A stretch of 64,000 bases of DNA, from assembly GCA_014905635.1 (NCBI GenBank), contig JABVCE010000039.1:1-64000 (forward strand). The letters are read 5' to 3'. The translations under genes and the position numbers were made by a program. Every line of letters starts with the position of its first letter. Within the stretch, counting starts at the first letter, position 1. The notes below the pieces were generated by a model that saw only the letters and a program-made list of their open reading frames with translations, made no database searches and was not told where the DNA came from. This DNA comes from Scenedesmus sp. PABB004. Taxonomy: Eukaryota. Shown here piece after piece: positions 46,901 through 59,186 of this stretch.

Positions 46901-48419
46901 AGCTGCGGCGCCGCACGCGCGCGCGCGGCGGCGGCGGCTGGGCGCGGGAGGCGCCCCGCGCCCCGGCGCGCGCGCCCGCGCGGCCCGGCGCGCGCGCCGG
47001 CCCTCTCCCCTCCCCGCCACGGGCGGGCGGGCTGGCGGGCGGGCGGGCGGGCGCACCTGGTCGAGCGTGTACGGCCCCGCGCGCCACGCGCCGCCGGTGA
47101 GGTCATACTCCAGCCGCGCCCCCGCGCCGCCGCCGCCCACAGCCGAGAGCTTGCCACTCCAGGTGCCGCGCAGCTCCTGCAGCCCCGGCAGGCTCGGCAG
47201 GCTGCTGCCGGCGGCGCCGCCGGTGATGCCCGCCGGCGCGGCGCCGCCCGAGGTCGCGGCGGCGGCGGCCGCGGCCGCCGCGGCGGCCTCCGCGAGCGCT
47301 GCGACCTGGGCGGCAAACTCGTCGCCCGCCGCGAGGATGCCCGCGCGCGAGAGGCCCGCCAGGAAGGAGGCCTTGGCCTCGCCGTAGTCGCGCCCTGCAG
47401 TCGCGCCCGCGCGGCGCAGCAGCTGACCCGCCGGCAGCAGCTCCTCCACCGCCGCGTGCGGCACGACCAGCTCCAGCCGCCAGCGCCCGCCCTCGGCCGA
47501 CGCCGGCGCCGGCGGCGCCTGCTCCTCTTCCTGCGCGGCGCCGGCCGCGCCGTCGCGCCCGCCGGCGTGCCGGCGGTGGTGCCTGTGCCCGTGGTGGCCG
47601 TGGCCGTGGCCATGGTGGTGGTGCCCGCCGTGGTGGTGCCCGCCCGCTGCCGCGGCGCGCGGCTCGGGCGCGTCCGCCGCCGCGGCGGCCTGCGCCTGCG
47701 CGAGGCTCGCGGGCAGCACAAAGCCGGGGGGCAGCACGTACTCCGCGGCCAGCTCGTAGCGCGACCCCGGCTGCGTGAGCGTGGCGCGCTCAAGCTGCAC
47801 GATGTCGCGCTCCCACCTGGGTTGGGGTTGAGGGTTGAAAGGGGGAGGGTGAGTGCGGCGCTGGCGGGGGCGCGGTGCCCGCGGCGGCGCGGCGGCGCGG
47901 CGGCGCGGGTCACCGTGCGTGCGCGCTGAGGCTGGTGCCGGCGAGGCCGCTGAAGCGCGGGCTGGCCAGCGCCGCGCTGAGGCGGCCCGCCGCCGCGGCG
48001 AGGTCGACGTCGAGCACCCCCGACACGAGCTGCCCGCGCAGGCTGCCCAGCTCGAGCTCGTCCAGGGGAAGGTGCTCCACCGCCGCGCCAAACGCGGTCC
48101 CGCTCGCGTTGACCTGCGCCCGGCGGTCAGCGCGCCGCACTCGATCTAGGGTTTAGAGAGAGTGCACGCGCACACCTCTGCTCGCGCACGCGCGGCCGCG
48201 CCAGCAGCCGCCGCCGCGCCGCGCCGCGCCGCGCGCCCCGCGCCGCGCACCGTGGACGAGATGTGCAGGTCGCCGCGCCGCAGCAGCACGTGGCTCACGC
48301 GCTGCGCGTCGGCCGCCGCGGCCGCCGCCGCGGCCTCCGCGGCCGCCGCCGCGCTGCGGGCCGCCGCGCCGGCGTCGCCGCCCGCGCCCCACGCCGCGCC
48401 CAGGGGCGGCTCCGCGCCG

Positions 48420-48454
<35 letters not shown>

Positions 48455-51400
48455 CTCACCCTGCGCGGCGGCCGAATCGCCGGCGGCCGCTGCGGAGGCG
48501 GCGCCGCCGTGCGACGCGCCCGCGCCCGCCGGCAGCGCGCCGGCCGCGCCGCGCGGCGCGCCCGCCGGCGGCGGGTCAAAGCCCGGCGGGAAGTACAGCT
48601 GCGGCACCAACACGCCGTCGGGCCCGGGGCCAAGCGCCGCGGCGCCCGGGTGCGGCGGCGGCAGCGCGAGGTCCAGCTCCAGCAGCTCCTCGCCGCCCCG
48701 CCCCGGCCCGCGGCCGCGCAGCAGCAGGCGCGGCCCCGTGAGCACGACGTCGCCGCTGAGGGCGCGCGCGAGGGAGAGCTGGTTGAGGCGCAGGCCCTCC
48801 AGGGTCAGCGGGCCTGCGCGGCGCGCGCGCGCGGGCGGCGCTCAGCGCGGGCGGCGGCGCGCGGCGCGGCTGCCGCTGTACCGCTGCGCTCGGTGTGCCC
48901 CCTGCCCCTCCCTCGCCTCGGTGCGCGCGCGGCGCGGCGGTGCCCCCCCCCCCCTCTTACCCCCTCACCCCCCCCCCCCCTCACCCGTGAAGAGGTAGCC
49001 TCCGTCCCCCGCCAGCCCCGCCTGGCGCCGCGCGGCGGGCGCGTCGTCACGCGTGCCGCTCAGCTTGAGCGCCCCCGCCATGCGCAGCCGCACGGGCGAG
49101 CCGTCCACGAGCGCGGGCGGCGCGCTGTCGCCGCCGCCGCCCAGCGGCGGCGGCGGCGCGCCGGGTGCGCCGGGGGCGGCGCGGCGGCGGTGGTGGTGGT
49201 GTGTGGCGCTGGGCGGCGCGAGGTGCATGAGGTCGACGCCGCTGCAGCGCCCCTCGAGGCTGAAGCCCTCCACGCGCGGCAGGCCGTAGTAGGTGGCCTC
49301 AGCCTTGAGGGAGGGGGGGGGGGGGGGGGGAGGCGCGGGGGGCATGCGATGTGGGCCGCCAGCGGCGCGGCGCGCGCGCGCGAGCTGGCGCGCCGCCCGA
49401 GAGCTGGCGTGCCGCAGCGCGCACGCGCACACACAAACAGAGGCACGCACCTGGGTGTTGGCGGCGCGCGCGCGCTCGGCGTTGGGCGTGCTCGTCGCGG
49501 CGCTCGCGCGCAGGCTGAACGCCGGCCCCGCCGCCGCGGCGGTCACGGCGGTGGGGCTGACGGACGCGGAGCCGCTCAGCCCGCTCGCCGGCGCCGCCCA
49601 CTCGACGCGCGTCGTCGGCGCGAGGTGGCTGCCCGTGAGGCTACCGCGCATGTTGACCGGCCCCGCGCCCGCCAGCACCGCCGCGGGGCCGCCGCCGCCG
49701 GCGCCGCCGCCGCCGGCGCCTCCCGGGTCCAGCCCGAGGTACCCGGCCGCGAGGCCCGCCGCGCTGAGGCCGCTGCCGCCCGCCTCCATCGCGATCGCGC
49801 GCGGGTCAGCCTCCGCCGCGGGCGCGACCCACATCTTGCCCGCCGCCTGCAGCAGCCCGCCGCCCGACGGCACCGCCTGCGCGCTGTGCAGCACAAACAT
49901 CTGCGTCGCCGTGTCGAGCGTGAACACGCCGCTCGCCGCGCTCGCGGGCAGCCGGTCCGCGACCGCAACGGCGCCGGGGTGCGCGAGCAGCACGTCCAGC
50001 GCGGGCGTCGCCTCGACGCCGACGAGCAGCGCCGGCGGCGGCCGCACCGCGGCGGCGCTGCCGCTGAAGATCGGCCGCTCGAGCGGGCCCGTCACGGCCA
50101 GCACGCCGCGCGCGGCGCCGGCGACGGGGAAGGGCAGCGGCCGCACGCCCAGGCTCGCGCGCGCGGCGTTGACCTCGGCCGGGCCCGCCGCCGCCTGCAG
50201 GCGGTACTGCCCGCTCACGGGGCACAGGTCGAGGTCGCCTGGCGCGTGGCGCGGCGCGGGGCGGCGCGCAAGGGGCGGCGCGCGGCGCTCAGCTCAGCGA
50301 CGCGCAGCCCTGCTTCCCCCCTGCCCGCGCGCCCGCCCGCCCCCGTGCGCCGTCCCCGTGCGCCGCCGCCGCACCCGACACGCGCAGCGGTATGGCGCCG
50401 TACGCGCCGACCGCGTTGTGGAGGTACACGTGGTCGCGCTCAAACAGGAGCTCCATGTCGGCGCCGAGGATGTCGTCGGGCGCGTCCCAAAAGTGAAGGT
50501 CCACGCCTGCCCGACGACGCAGAGAGAGGCGGCGGCGCGCGTGTGCGCGCGTGCTGCGCCCGGCCGCGCGCGGCGTACGCGAGCACAGCCCGCGCGTCGC
50601 GCCTCACCGCGCGCCGCGAGCTTGCCGGTGATGGCGGGGAACTCCCACGTCGCGTCGTCGTGCGCGGCCACGGTGATGTTGCCGTCGACCACGCCGCTGC
50701 TGATGTCCATGGGCAGCTCCAGCAGGCGCTCGATCAGCGGCGCGCCCAGGGAACGCCCCGCGACCGTCAGCGTCAGCGCGTCGCGCCCCTCGCCGGGGCG
50801 CGCCCAGCGGTGCAGCACGCGCACGCTCAGGTGGCCGCCGCCTGTGCGGCCGCGCGCGCGAGGGACGAGTGCGCGCAGGGGGGCGGGCGGGCGGGCGGGT
50901 GTCGGCGGGCGCGCGGGCCGCGCGGTCCCGCGCGGCGCCGCGCAGGTGGAGGCAGCGCCCGGCCCAACCTGTCTGGCGCGGCGCGCCGTCGGCAAACGGC
51001 GCCAGCTCGAGCTCCCGGCCCTCAAACTCCTCGGGCAGCAGGAAGTGCACGTGGCTGGGCACCGCGAGCTGCCCCGACGGCAGGTGCAGCGTCGCCAGCG
51101 GCAGCTGCGAGCCCGGCGACGGCGGCGGCACACCCGCTGCCTGCGCCGGCGGCAACGCCGCCTGTCCATGCTGGCCGCCGCCCGCTGCGGCCGCGCCGGC
51201 GCCGTCGAGCTGCCGCTGCAGCTCCGGCTGCTGCAGCAACTGCTCTTGCTGTTGCGACAGCGGCAGCGGCTGCCGCTCCGGCTCCTGCTGCTGCGGCGCG
51301 GCCGGGTCGGCGGGCGCATCTGGCACGGGCAGCACGTCGCATGCGAAGCGCCGCAGCCGGCCCGCCTGGGGCCCCGCGGCGCCGGGCGTGACGTGGCGCA

Positions 51401-53897
51401 GGTGGCGCTTGGCGGCGGGGTCGATGGTCGTGCACTTGACGCTGGCGGGGTGCCGCGGCGCGGCGTCGCCCTCCACCGCAATGTCCAGGGTCTCGTAGTC
51501 GCGCCCCAGCGTCAGCGCCATGCGCACGCCCGACACCTGCCGCGGCAGCGGCTCGCCCCACACCGCCACGTCCAGTTCGCCGTCACGTATCGTCACGCTG
51601 CGCAGCGCCGGCGGCGGCAGCGACACGCGCAGCTGCAGGCGCGAGCCGAGCTGCGACGCCGCGTGGCGCAGCACGGAGCCGCCCGCGCGCAGCAGCGCGC
51701 CGGCCGCCGACTGGCAGTGCCCCAGCAGCCACTGCCGCGCGGACGACAGCAGCCCCCCGGCGACCGCCGCCTGCTGCTGCTGCGGCGGCAGCGCAGGCAC
51801 AGCCTCGACACGCTCGCTCGCGTCACCGGCGCTGCCGCTGCCGCTGGTCGCGCCAGTGGAGCTCTCCAGCTCGTCCGAGGTGAGCTGGCTGCTGCCGCCG
51901 TCGCTGCTGCTGCCCTCGCCGCCCTCGTCCGAGTACGTGGGCTCTGCGCCGGCGCTGCTGCCGCTGGCGGCAGCTGCCTGGCCCGCCAGCTCATCGCTGC
52001 TCGCGGCGCCGCCCTCGCCGCCCAGGGGGTCGCCGGGCGGGCCCTGCCGGCTGAGCTGCACAGAGGGCGCAGCGTCGCCGGTCCCGGCTGTGTCTGACTG
52101 CTCTGCCGTTTCGCTGGCGGGGGGCTGCCCCCGCTGCGTCGCGGCCTGCCCGCCGCCGTTTTTGCGCCGAGGCGCGCGCGAGTGGCGGCGGCCGCCCCCC
52201 TCGTCGCTGCCGCTGCTGCTGCTGGCATGGCCATGCGACGCACGGCGCTCCTGCAGCTGCTGCAGCAGCGCCTCTCTCGCCGCAGCCTGCTGCTGCTGCT
52301 GCGGGGTCTGGCCGTCCCGGCCGGCGCCGCCTGCGGCGGACAACGACGCAAATGGCGGCGGCCGCGGCGAGCCGGGCTGCACGGCCTGTGGCCCCCAGGC
52401 CGCGGCTGCGCGGCTGCTCGTCGCCCCGCTGGCGCTGCTGACGCTGCTGCCGCGGCTGCTGCCGGGCCCCGCGCCTGCCGCTGCGGGCGGCCAGGCCTCA
52501 CCGCCGTCGCTGCCGCTGTCGGTGGGCCCCCAGTCGCCCTCCTCGCTCGGCGCCTGCAGCGCGGCCGCCTGCTCGGCGGCGGCGCGCTGCGTGAGGCCGG
52601 GCAGCAGGTCCCTGCTGCTGGGCGTCGTGTCGGCTGGGTAGCCGAGCCAGCTGAAGTTGGAGCCCTGCACCGCGCGCACGCGGGGCGACGCCAGCGCGAC
52701 CTGCAGCTGCACCTGCCGCGCCGCCAGCGACGCGCCGGGCAGCACGCTCAGCGTGACCTCGGGCACCTGCGGCGCGCGTGCGGCGCGCGGCGCGCGATCG
52801 CGGCAGCGCCAGGTGAGCGGTGGGCGGGGCGGCCGGTGCGCTGGGCGCCGCGCCGCGCCGGCCGGCGGCGAGAGGCCGCGGCGGGGCCTCACCTCGGCGC
52901 TGCTCCGCTCCACGGGGCCCGGCCCGACCGCCAGGTCGCGCAGCGTGACCAGCGGGCCGAGGCCGAGCAGGCCCGGCAGCGACACGCTGCTCACGCCACC
53001 GAGGCGCACCTGCGAGCGAGGGGCGGGCGCGCCGGCGCTGGGTCGCTGCGCAGCAGCGCGCCCGCGCCGCCGCCGACGCGCCGGCCCCGCTCCCCCGCAC
53101 GCACGCACCTCTCTGAGCGTGAGCTGCTGCGCCTCGTCCAGCAGGCCCGGCAGCAGCCGCGCGTTGACCAGCGGCAGCGCCACGCGGTTGATCAGCAGGT
53201 GCAGCGCCAGCAGGCCCACGCCCGTGGCCACGCCCGCGCGCACGAGCCACCGCCGCAGCCACGCCTGCAGCAGCGCCGCGACGCCCAGCAGCAGCGCGCC
53301 GAGCGGCGCGATGGCGGCGCCCAGCGAGAACGGCGGCAGCCCCCGCTCCGCCCCCGGTGGCGCCAGCCTGCCCGCTGCCGCCAGCGCCGACGCAGACGCC
53401 GCGTCGTGCGGCGCGTCAGTGCTGGCGCCCGGCTGCGGCAGCGACGCCGGCTGCGGCGCCGCCTGCTGCTGCTGCTGCTGATGCTGCTGCTGCGGAGGCG
53501 GCTCCTGCCAATCAGGCGGGCCCCCACCAACGGCGCCAGCCTCCGGCTGCGGGCCATCGCCCTCGGGCGGCGGCGGCACCGCGCGCACTGCGGGGGGCGG
53601 GCGCGCGCGGCGTGGGTCGCCGTGCCCGCGGGCGGCCGAGCGCGCGCGCGCGCCACGACAGCAGTGCACTGCCCCCCCACCTGTCACCTCCGGCCTGCAC
53701 CGGCGCGCCAGACGGCCTGCGCGCGCGGCGGCGGGGCGGGTTGCGTGCGCCGCTGCCTCGACAACGGCGCGGCGCAGGCAGCGGCGGCTCTCACCGCCGG
53801 GCCACGAAGTTCCGCTCGGGCGTGCGGTGAGCCGGCCGCGCGGCAGCGCCCGGGCCGGCACCCAGGGCGCGCCCGGGAGGGCGGAGCAGTGCGGCAT
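43935..53897 (-). CDS. TIC236: TIC236 (TamB/DUF490-related plastid envelope protein)
   Basis: N-terminal transit and transmembrane region, EVRLG-V, GPGPVERSSAEV, LHFWDAP, DELELGSLRG, RWERDIVQLE, GVLNLVATQF, LLPKIETQGQLGAARWRLVSAP. Confidence 0.85.
46604..46690. repeat. (CCCCG)n microsatellite in an intron
   Basis: About 17 perfect pentamers. Confidence 0.9.
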
Positions 53898-54382
53898 GTG
53901 CTGGCGCCAGCCGGCCCTCTCCCTCACGCGCCCGCCTCGCGCCTCCGGGGTCCCGCAGGTGAGCCCGCCCACATCACGCACGGGCTGGCTGCCTGCTGGG
54001 CTGCTGGGTGCGCCGCGGGCGTTGGCCCGCTTCGCCGCCGCTGCCGTCGGCGTCGGCGTCGCCGGCGGCGCCCGGGTTCGCGTGCGGGCCCAGGTCAGGG
54101 TTCAGGCGTGCGTGCTGTGACGCCGGCGAGCAGGGCGCGAGCGGCCACCAGCGGCGGCCGACCGCGTCAAACGCGGCACGTGACGGGGAGCCGCCCTCCA
54201 CGCCCTGGCGCGCCGCGGCGGCCACGGCCACCGCCCTTGTGGGTGGGCTGTCACAGCTCCCCTCCACAGCTGCCCTCCAACGCGCCCGCCACGTCGTGCG
54301 CCCACCACACGCAGCAAGCACACGCTGCGAGCTCGGCCCGCGCCCGCCGCCGCCGCTGCGCCGCTCCCCGCGAGCTGCCAGC

Positions 54383-54960
54383 ATGCATCCGCCGCTCATC
54401 CCCGCCAAGCACCCGCTCTGCGCCGAGGTGGGCCGCCGCAGGGGCAGCGCGCTCGGCGCCGCCGCGGCGCGCTCGGCGCCGCCCCGACGCGCCGGCGGCC
54501 CGCGGCGGGGCGGCGCACCTCCGGGCGCGTGGCGGAGGCTGTGGCCCACCCGCCGCGACCCGCGGCGCAGGCGATGGAGGCGCTGGTGGCGTGCCACCGG
54601 GAGCGCAGCGTCGCCAAGTGGTGGGGCGCCTGCAACGACGTCAAGCTGGCCCTCAGCAAGTGCCTGACGGAGGAGAAGACGGCCATGCGGTGCGCGTTGC
54701 TGCGGCGCAGCGCGTGATGGCGCGCGCCTGCGCGGCGCGGCGCGGGCCAGCAGCAGCAGCGCGGTCGCGCCGCTGCCCATGGCGGCGGCGCCGTGGGGGG
54801 TCGCCGCACCGGCCGAGCCCGGCTTTTCCGCCGTCTGACACGCAGGGCGGAGCGCCAGGAGCGCGCGCGGCAGCGGCACCGCGACGCGCAGCGGCAGCGC
54901 GAGCAGCGCGCGGCGGCTGCGGCAGACGCGCCGCCGGCGCCCGACGCGGCCGCGCAGTGA
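54383..54960 (+). CDS. CMC2: Twin CX9C cytochrome c oxidase assembly protein, CMC2-like (3 exons)
   Basis: MHPPLIPAKHPLCAE|AMEALVACH...KWWGACNDVKLALSKCLTEEK. Confidence 0.85.
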
Positions 54961-55669
54961 GCGCAGGCGCGCCGCGCACCCTGGCCCACCCCACCACGCA
55001 GCTGCTGGCCGGCCATCGTCGGCAGCAGCTGGCGGCACGCATTGCTTGCGGCACAGCCGCGCCGGGCGCGGTCAGCCCCGGGCCTGGGCCCAGGCCCCCA
55101 GGGCCCGCGACCACAGCGCCTGCAGGCGCCGGCCAGCTGGCCGGCGAGCACGTCCCCCCGCCGCCGCGCCCGCCGGTGGGTCGCCCCTCCGGCAGGATTG
55201 ACCGCGCCCTGCGAGAGCAACGCCAACTGCAGGCCTGCAGTTGGCTGCGACACGCCTGCTGGCCCACCGCCGACCCTGCGCAGGCCGCTGAGCAAGCGGC
55301 CCGCGCATGGTGGGCTTCGTTTGTCTCCAAAACACAGCAGCACAGGTGCTGCACGTGTGCTGGTGCCAGGTTTCAGCGGCGACGTGCGTCGTCGTCGTTG
55401 ACGAGTAACGCCCTCGCCTCGGGCAACGGCTCCCGCGATCGCCGCCCCCACGCCCACAACGCCCGCGCCAGCACCCCCGCGGCCGCACCACCCTGCTCCA
55501 CCCGGCACCGCGGCCCACACGCGCCCGCCGCCGCTGCTGCTCCGAGCACCGCTGCTCGCCGCCGCGAGCGCTCGAGGCGCGCAGGCCTGCAGCCCCCACG
55601 CAGGCCCCCCACCGGTGTCCCAGCAGCGCATGAGCGAGGCCGGCGCCTGAGGGGGCGCGGGGAGGCGCC

Positions 55670-57265
55670 ATGGCCGCCGCTGCGGCGGCCGACGTGCCGA
55701 TCGAGGGCAAGACGGTGAAGATGCTCACGCTCAACAGCGCCAAGCGCACCTACGAGCTCTTCTCGACCGACGCGCTGTCGGCGCCCGGCCTGGACCCGGA
55801 GAGGTGCGCGGGGCGGCGCGCTGGGGGGCGCGGCAGGATGCGCTGCTGCCGCGCCGCCCCGCCGCGCGCCCCGGCCCCCGCGCGCCGTGCCGAGCCCGTC
55901 CCCGCACCGCTGCGGCCTCGCCCCACAGCCAGCGCATCAAGCTGGCCTGCAAGATCAAGGACGAGTACGCAGCGGCGCAGCACTTCGATGCCGCCTCCCT
56001 CGCCGCCCGCGCGCGCGCGGGCGCGGCGCCCGGCGCCGAGCCGCCAGCACCGGCGCCGGCGGCCAAGCCGGGCTCCAAAACGGCGCTGGGAAAGCTCATA
56101 GACAGCATCCCGGTGGAGCCGCGGTGCGCGGCGCGCGACGGCAGCAGCGGCGGCGGCGCGGCGGCAGCGGCTGCGGCGCGCGCGCCCCCGCCTCTCCGAC
56201 CGTCCGCCCTGCCGCACCGCCGCACGCCGCCGCGCCCGCGCCGGACCCGCGCAGGCAAGCCGCCGGCGGCAGCGGCGCCGCGCCGGGCGGCGCGGGCGCG
56301 GGCGCCGGCGCGCTCATACCCTTTGCGCCAACCGGCACCGCGCCGGAGGGCGGCGTGGGCGCGCCCGGCGGCGTCGCGCCGGCGGCGGGTCAGAAGGCGA
56401 TCATGGCGGTCATCGCCGACAAGGGCACCGGCAGCGCGGCGGTCTCGCGGCGGCTCGCGAGCAAGTGGCCCCGCCCCGACTGGCACGCGCCCTGGAAGCT
56501 CTATCGCGTCATCAGCGGGCACCTCGGGTGCGGCGGCGCGGTCACCAGCGGGGCGGCGCGCGCGCGGGCGGCGCACGCGCGGGCGGGGCGGCGTGCGCGC
56601 GGGCGGGCAGCGCGTGCGCCGACGCGCGCGGCCGTGCCGCCGCGCGCCGCGTGGTGCGCAGGTGGGTGCGGTCGATCGCGTTTGACCCCAGCAACGAATG
56701 GTTTGCGACCGGCTCGGGCGACCGCACCATCAAGCTGTGGGACACGGGCACGGGCCAGCTCAAGCTCACGCTCACGGGGCACATCGAGCAGGCGCGGCGC
56801 GCTGGGCGCGGGGCGCGGGGCGCGGGGCGGGGCGGCGGCACCGCGAGCCAGCCGAGGTCGCTGGCGGCGGCGGCGGCAGCAGCAGCGGCAGCAGCGGCTG
56901 CAGCAGCGGCGGCAGTGCCAGGCGCCGCGGCGGCGCCGCCGGCCACGCCGACCGCGCCGCGGCGCCGCGCGCAGGTGACGGGCTTGGCCGTGAGCGCGCG
57001 GCACCCCTACATGTTCTCCTGCTCCCTCGACAAGGAGGTCAAGTGCTGGGACCTGGAGCACAACAAGGTGCGCTCGCGCTGGCCGCCCGCCGGCGGGACC
57101 GGGAGCGCGCGGCGCGGCGGCGGGGCTGGCTGCCGGGGTGCCGCCGCGCGGCCCGCGCAGCGATCGGCGCGCCGGCGCGCGTGCGCGGGGCGCGCCCGCC
57201 CCGGCGCGCCCTGCGGCCCCGCACCACGCCCTCACGCCACCACACCCGCTGCCCACAAACACACG

Positions 57266-57312
<47 letters not shown>

Positions 57313-58157
57313 GCGCAGGTGATCCGCAACTACCACGGCCACCTGAGCGGCGTGTACTGCCTCGCGCTGCACCCCACGCTCGACCTCATCATGACCGGCG
57401 GCCGCGACAGCACCTGCCGCGTGTGGGACATGCGCACCAAGACCCAGGTCTACGCGCTCAGCGGGCACACCAACACCGTCGCCGCGGTGCTCGCGCAGCC
57501 GACAGACCCCCAGGTCATCACCGGCAGCCACGACGCCACGATCCGGCTCTGGGACCTGCGCCGCGGCACCACGGCCGCGACGCTCACGTACCACAAGAAG
57601 AGCGTGCGCGCGCTCGCGGCGCACCCGAGCGAGCACACCTTTGCGAGCGGCGGCGCGGACAACATCAAAAAGTTCAAGCTCCCCGCCGTGCGCGCCGCGC
57701 GCGCCGCGCGCGCCGGCGCCCGCCCGCGCGCCGCCCGCAGCCGGCGGCGGCGGCTGAGCCGGGGATCCCCCCCACACACACACACTCACACGCACACCCG
57801 CCCCCGCCGCGGTGTCAGGGCGAGTTCCTGCACAACATGCTGCAGCAGCAGCGCGCGATCATCAACAGCATGGCCATCAACGCCGACGGCGTCATGGCCA
57901 GCGGCGGCGACAACGGCAGCCTCTGGTTCTGGGACTGGCGCAGCGGCAACGCGTTCCAGACCGCCGAGACGATCGTGCAGCCGGGCAGCCTCGACAGCGA
58001 GGCGGGCATCTACGCGCTGTCCTTTGACGGCAGCGGCAGCCGCCTCGTGACGTGCGAGGCGGACAAGACCATCAAGATGTGGAAGGAGGACGACACCGCG
58101 ACGCCGGAGACGCACCCCATCAACTTCAGGCCGCCAAAGGACATCCGCCGCTTCTGA
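55670..58157 (+). CDS. PRL1: Pleiotropic regulator 1 / Prp46 WD40 spliceosomal protein
   Basis: [74 protein letters not shown]. Confidence 0.97.
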
Positions 58158-58262
58158 CGCGCCGCCGCGGCGCGGCGCGGCGCGCGGGGGGACGGGCCCA
58201 GCAGGCGCCGCGGCGTCGGCGGCCTGCTGCGGGCGGGCCGGACGGGGACGGCGAGGCTGCAG

Positions 58263-58276
58263 TTACAGCTTTGTAA
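58263..58276. terminator. Back-to-back TGTAA poly(A) signals for two convergent genes
   Basis: TTACA (58263-58267) and TGTAA (58272-58276) between the PRL1 stop and the 58386 stop. Confidence 0.6.
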
Positions 58277-58385
58277 GCGCAACGCAACGCCTGCACGGTG
58301 CGGCCACGCGGCAGCGGCCAGCTCAGCGCCGCGGCGCGCCTCTCCTCATGAGAGAGGCGCGGCTGATCAGCCGCGCCGTCGCAGC

Positions 58386-59186
58386 TCAAAACTCCATGTC
58401 GCACGCGCCCTCCTCTGGCGGGTGCTGCGGCTGCGGCGGCGGCTGCTGCGCCGCGCCGCCTGCAGGCGCCGCGCCGTCTGGCGGCGCGTCCGCATCGGCC
58501 ATGTCTGCCATGTCGGCGTCGCTGGCGCCGCTGCCCGCCGGGCCGCCCGCGTGCGCGGGGCTGCCGCCGCCGTCCTCCGGCAGCTCCTCCACCACGCAGC
58601 CGTTGCGCGGCGCCGCGGCGCCGTCGGCGCTGGCTGCCGGGAGCTTGGGCAGCAGCCCCGTGAGGTGCAACTCATCGCGCAGCGCCTGCCAGAGCCCCTG
58701 CTGCAGGCTGCGCCGCTGCGGGGGTGTCAGGCTGCGCAGCAGCGCGGCCAGGGCCTTGGGCTGCGCCGCCGCGCCCAGCTCGATGGAGCTGGCCAGCGCC
58801 GCCGCCGCCAGCGCCGCGGCGGTCGCGTCCAGCGCTGGCTGCGGGCGGAACAGCACGATGTCGGTGCAGCTGCTGCTGCCACCGCTGCTGCCACCGCTGC
58901 CGCCGCCGCCGCCGACGCTGTGCGGCGCCGCCGGCTGCGCCGCCGCTGCCGCGGAATGCGCCGGCGCATGCGCTGCCGCTGCTGCTGCTGCCAGCCCGGC
59001 CGCTGGCTCGGCCACGGCGGCTGCCATGCTGGCGTCGTGCTGGCCCTGCTGCTGCTCGTCGTCGTCCTGCACCTCGGTGATGATCACGGGCGGCGGCGGC
59101 ACCAGCGCTGCGAGAGCGTCGAAGCGCTTCGCCGGCCGCAGCCACGCGGCGTCCTCCAGCGACGCCGCCTTGCGCTTGTGGCTCAT
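58386..59186 (-). CDS. Hypothetical low-complexity protein, single exon
   Basis: Open frame MSHKRKAASLEDAAWLRPAKRF...CDMEF with possible bipartite NLS; downstream TGTAA. Confidence 0.6.
   Translation of the reverse strand: MSHKRKAASLEDAAWLRPAKRFDALAALVPPPPVIITEVQDDDEQQQGQHDASMAAAVAEPAAGLAAAAAAAHAPAHSAAAAAQPAAPHSVGGGGGSGGSSGGSSSCTDIVLFRPQPALDATAAALAAAALASSIELGAAAQPKALAALLRSLTPPQRRSLQQGLWQALRDELHLTGLLPKLPAASADGAAAPRNGCVVEELPEDGGGSPAHAGGPAGSGASDADMADMADADAPPDGAAPAGGAAQQPPPQPQHPPEEGACDMEF

Noticed and set aside
47818..48160. Short GGGTT/TAGGGTTT stretches in TIC236 introns as interstitial telomeres
   Set aside because: Too short and irregular; likely low-complexity sequence or consensus noise
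42852..53981. Very long plus-strand ORFs (up to 1233 aa) and similar Arg/Ala/Gly/Pro-rich ORFs across the window
   Set aside because: Antisense or shifted-frame shadows of real genes, caused by stop-codon scarcity at extreme GC
57258..57312. (CA)n tract in a PRL1 intron and (CCCGAGCCG)n at 39893-39958
   Set aside because: Ordinary intronic microsatellites
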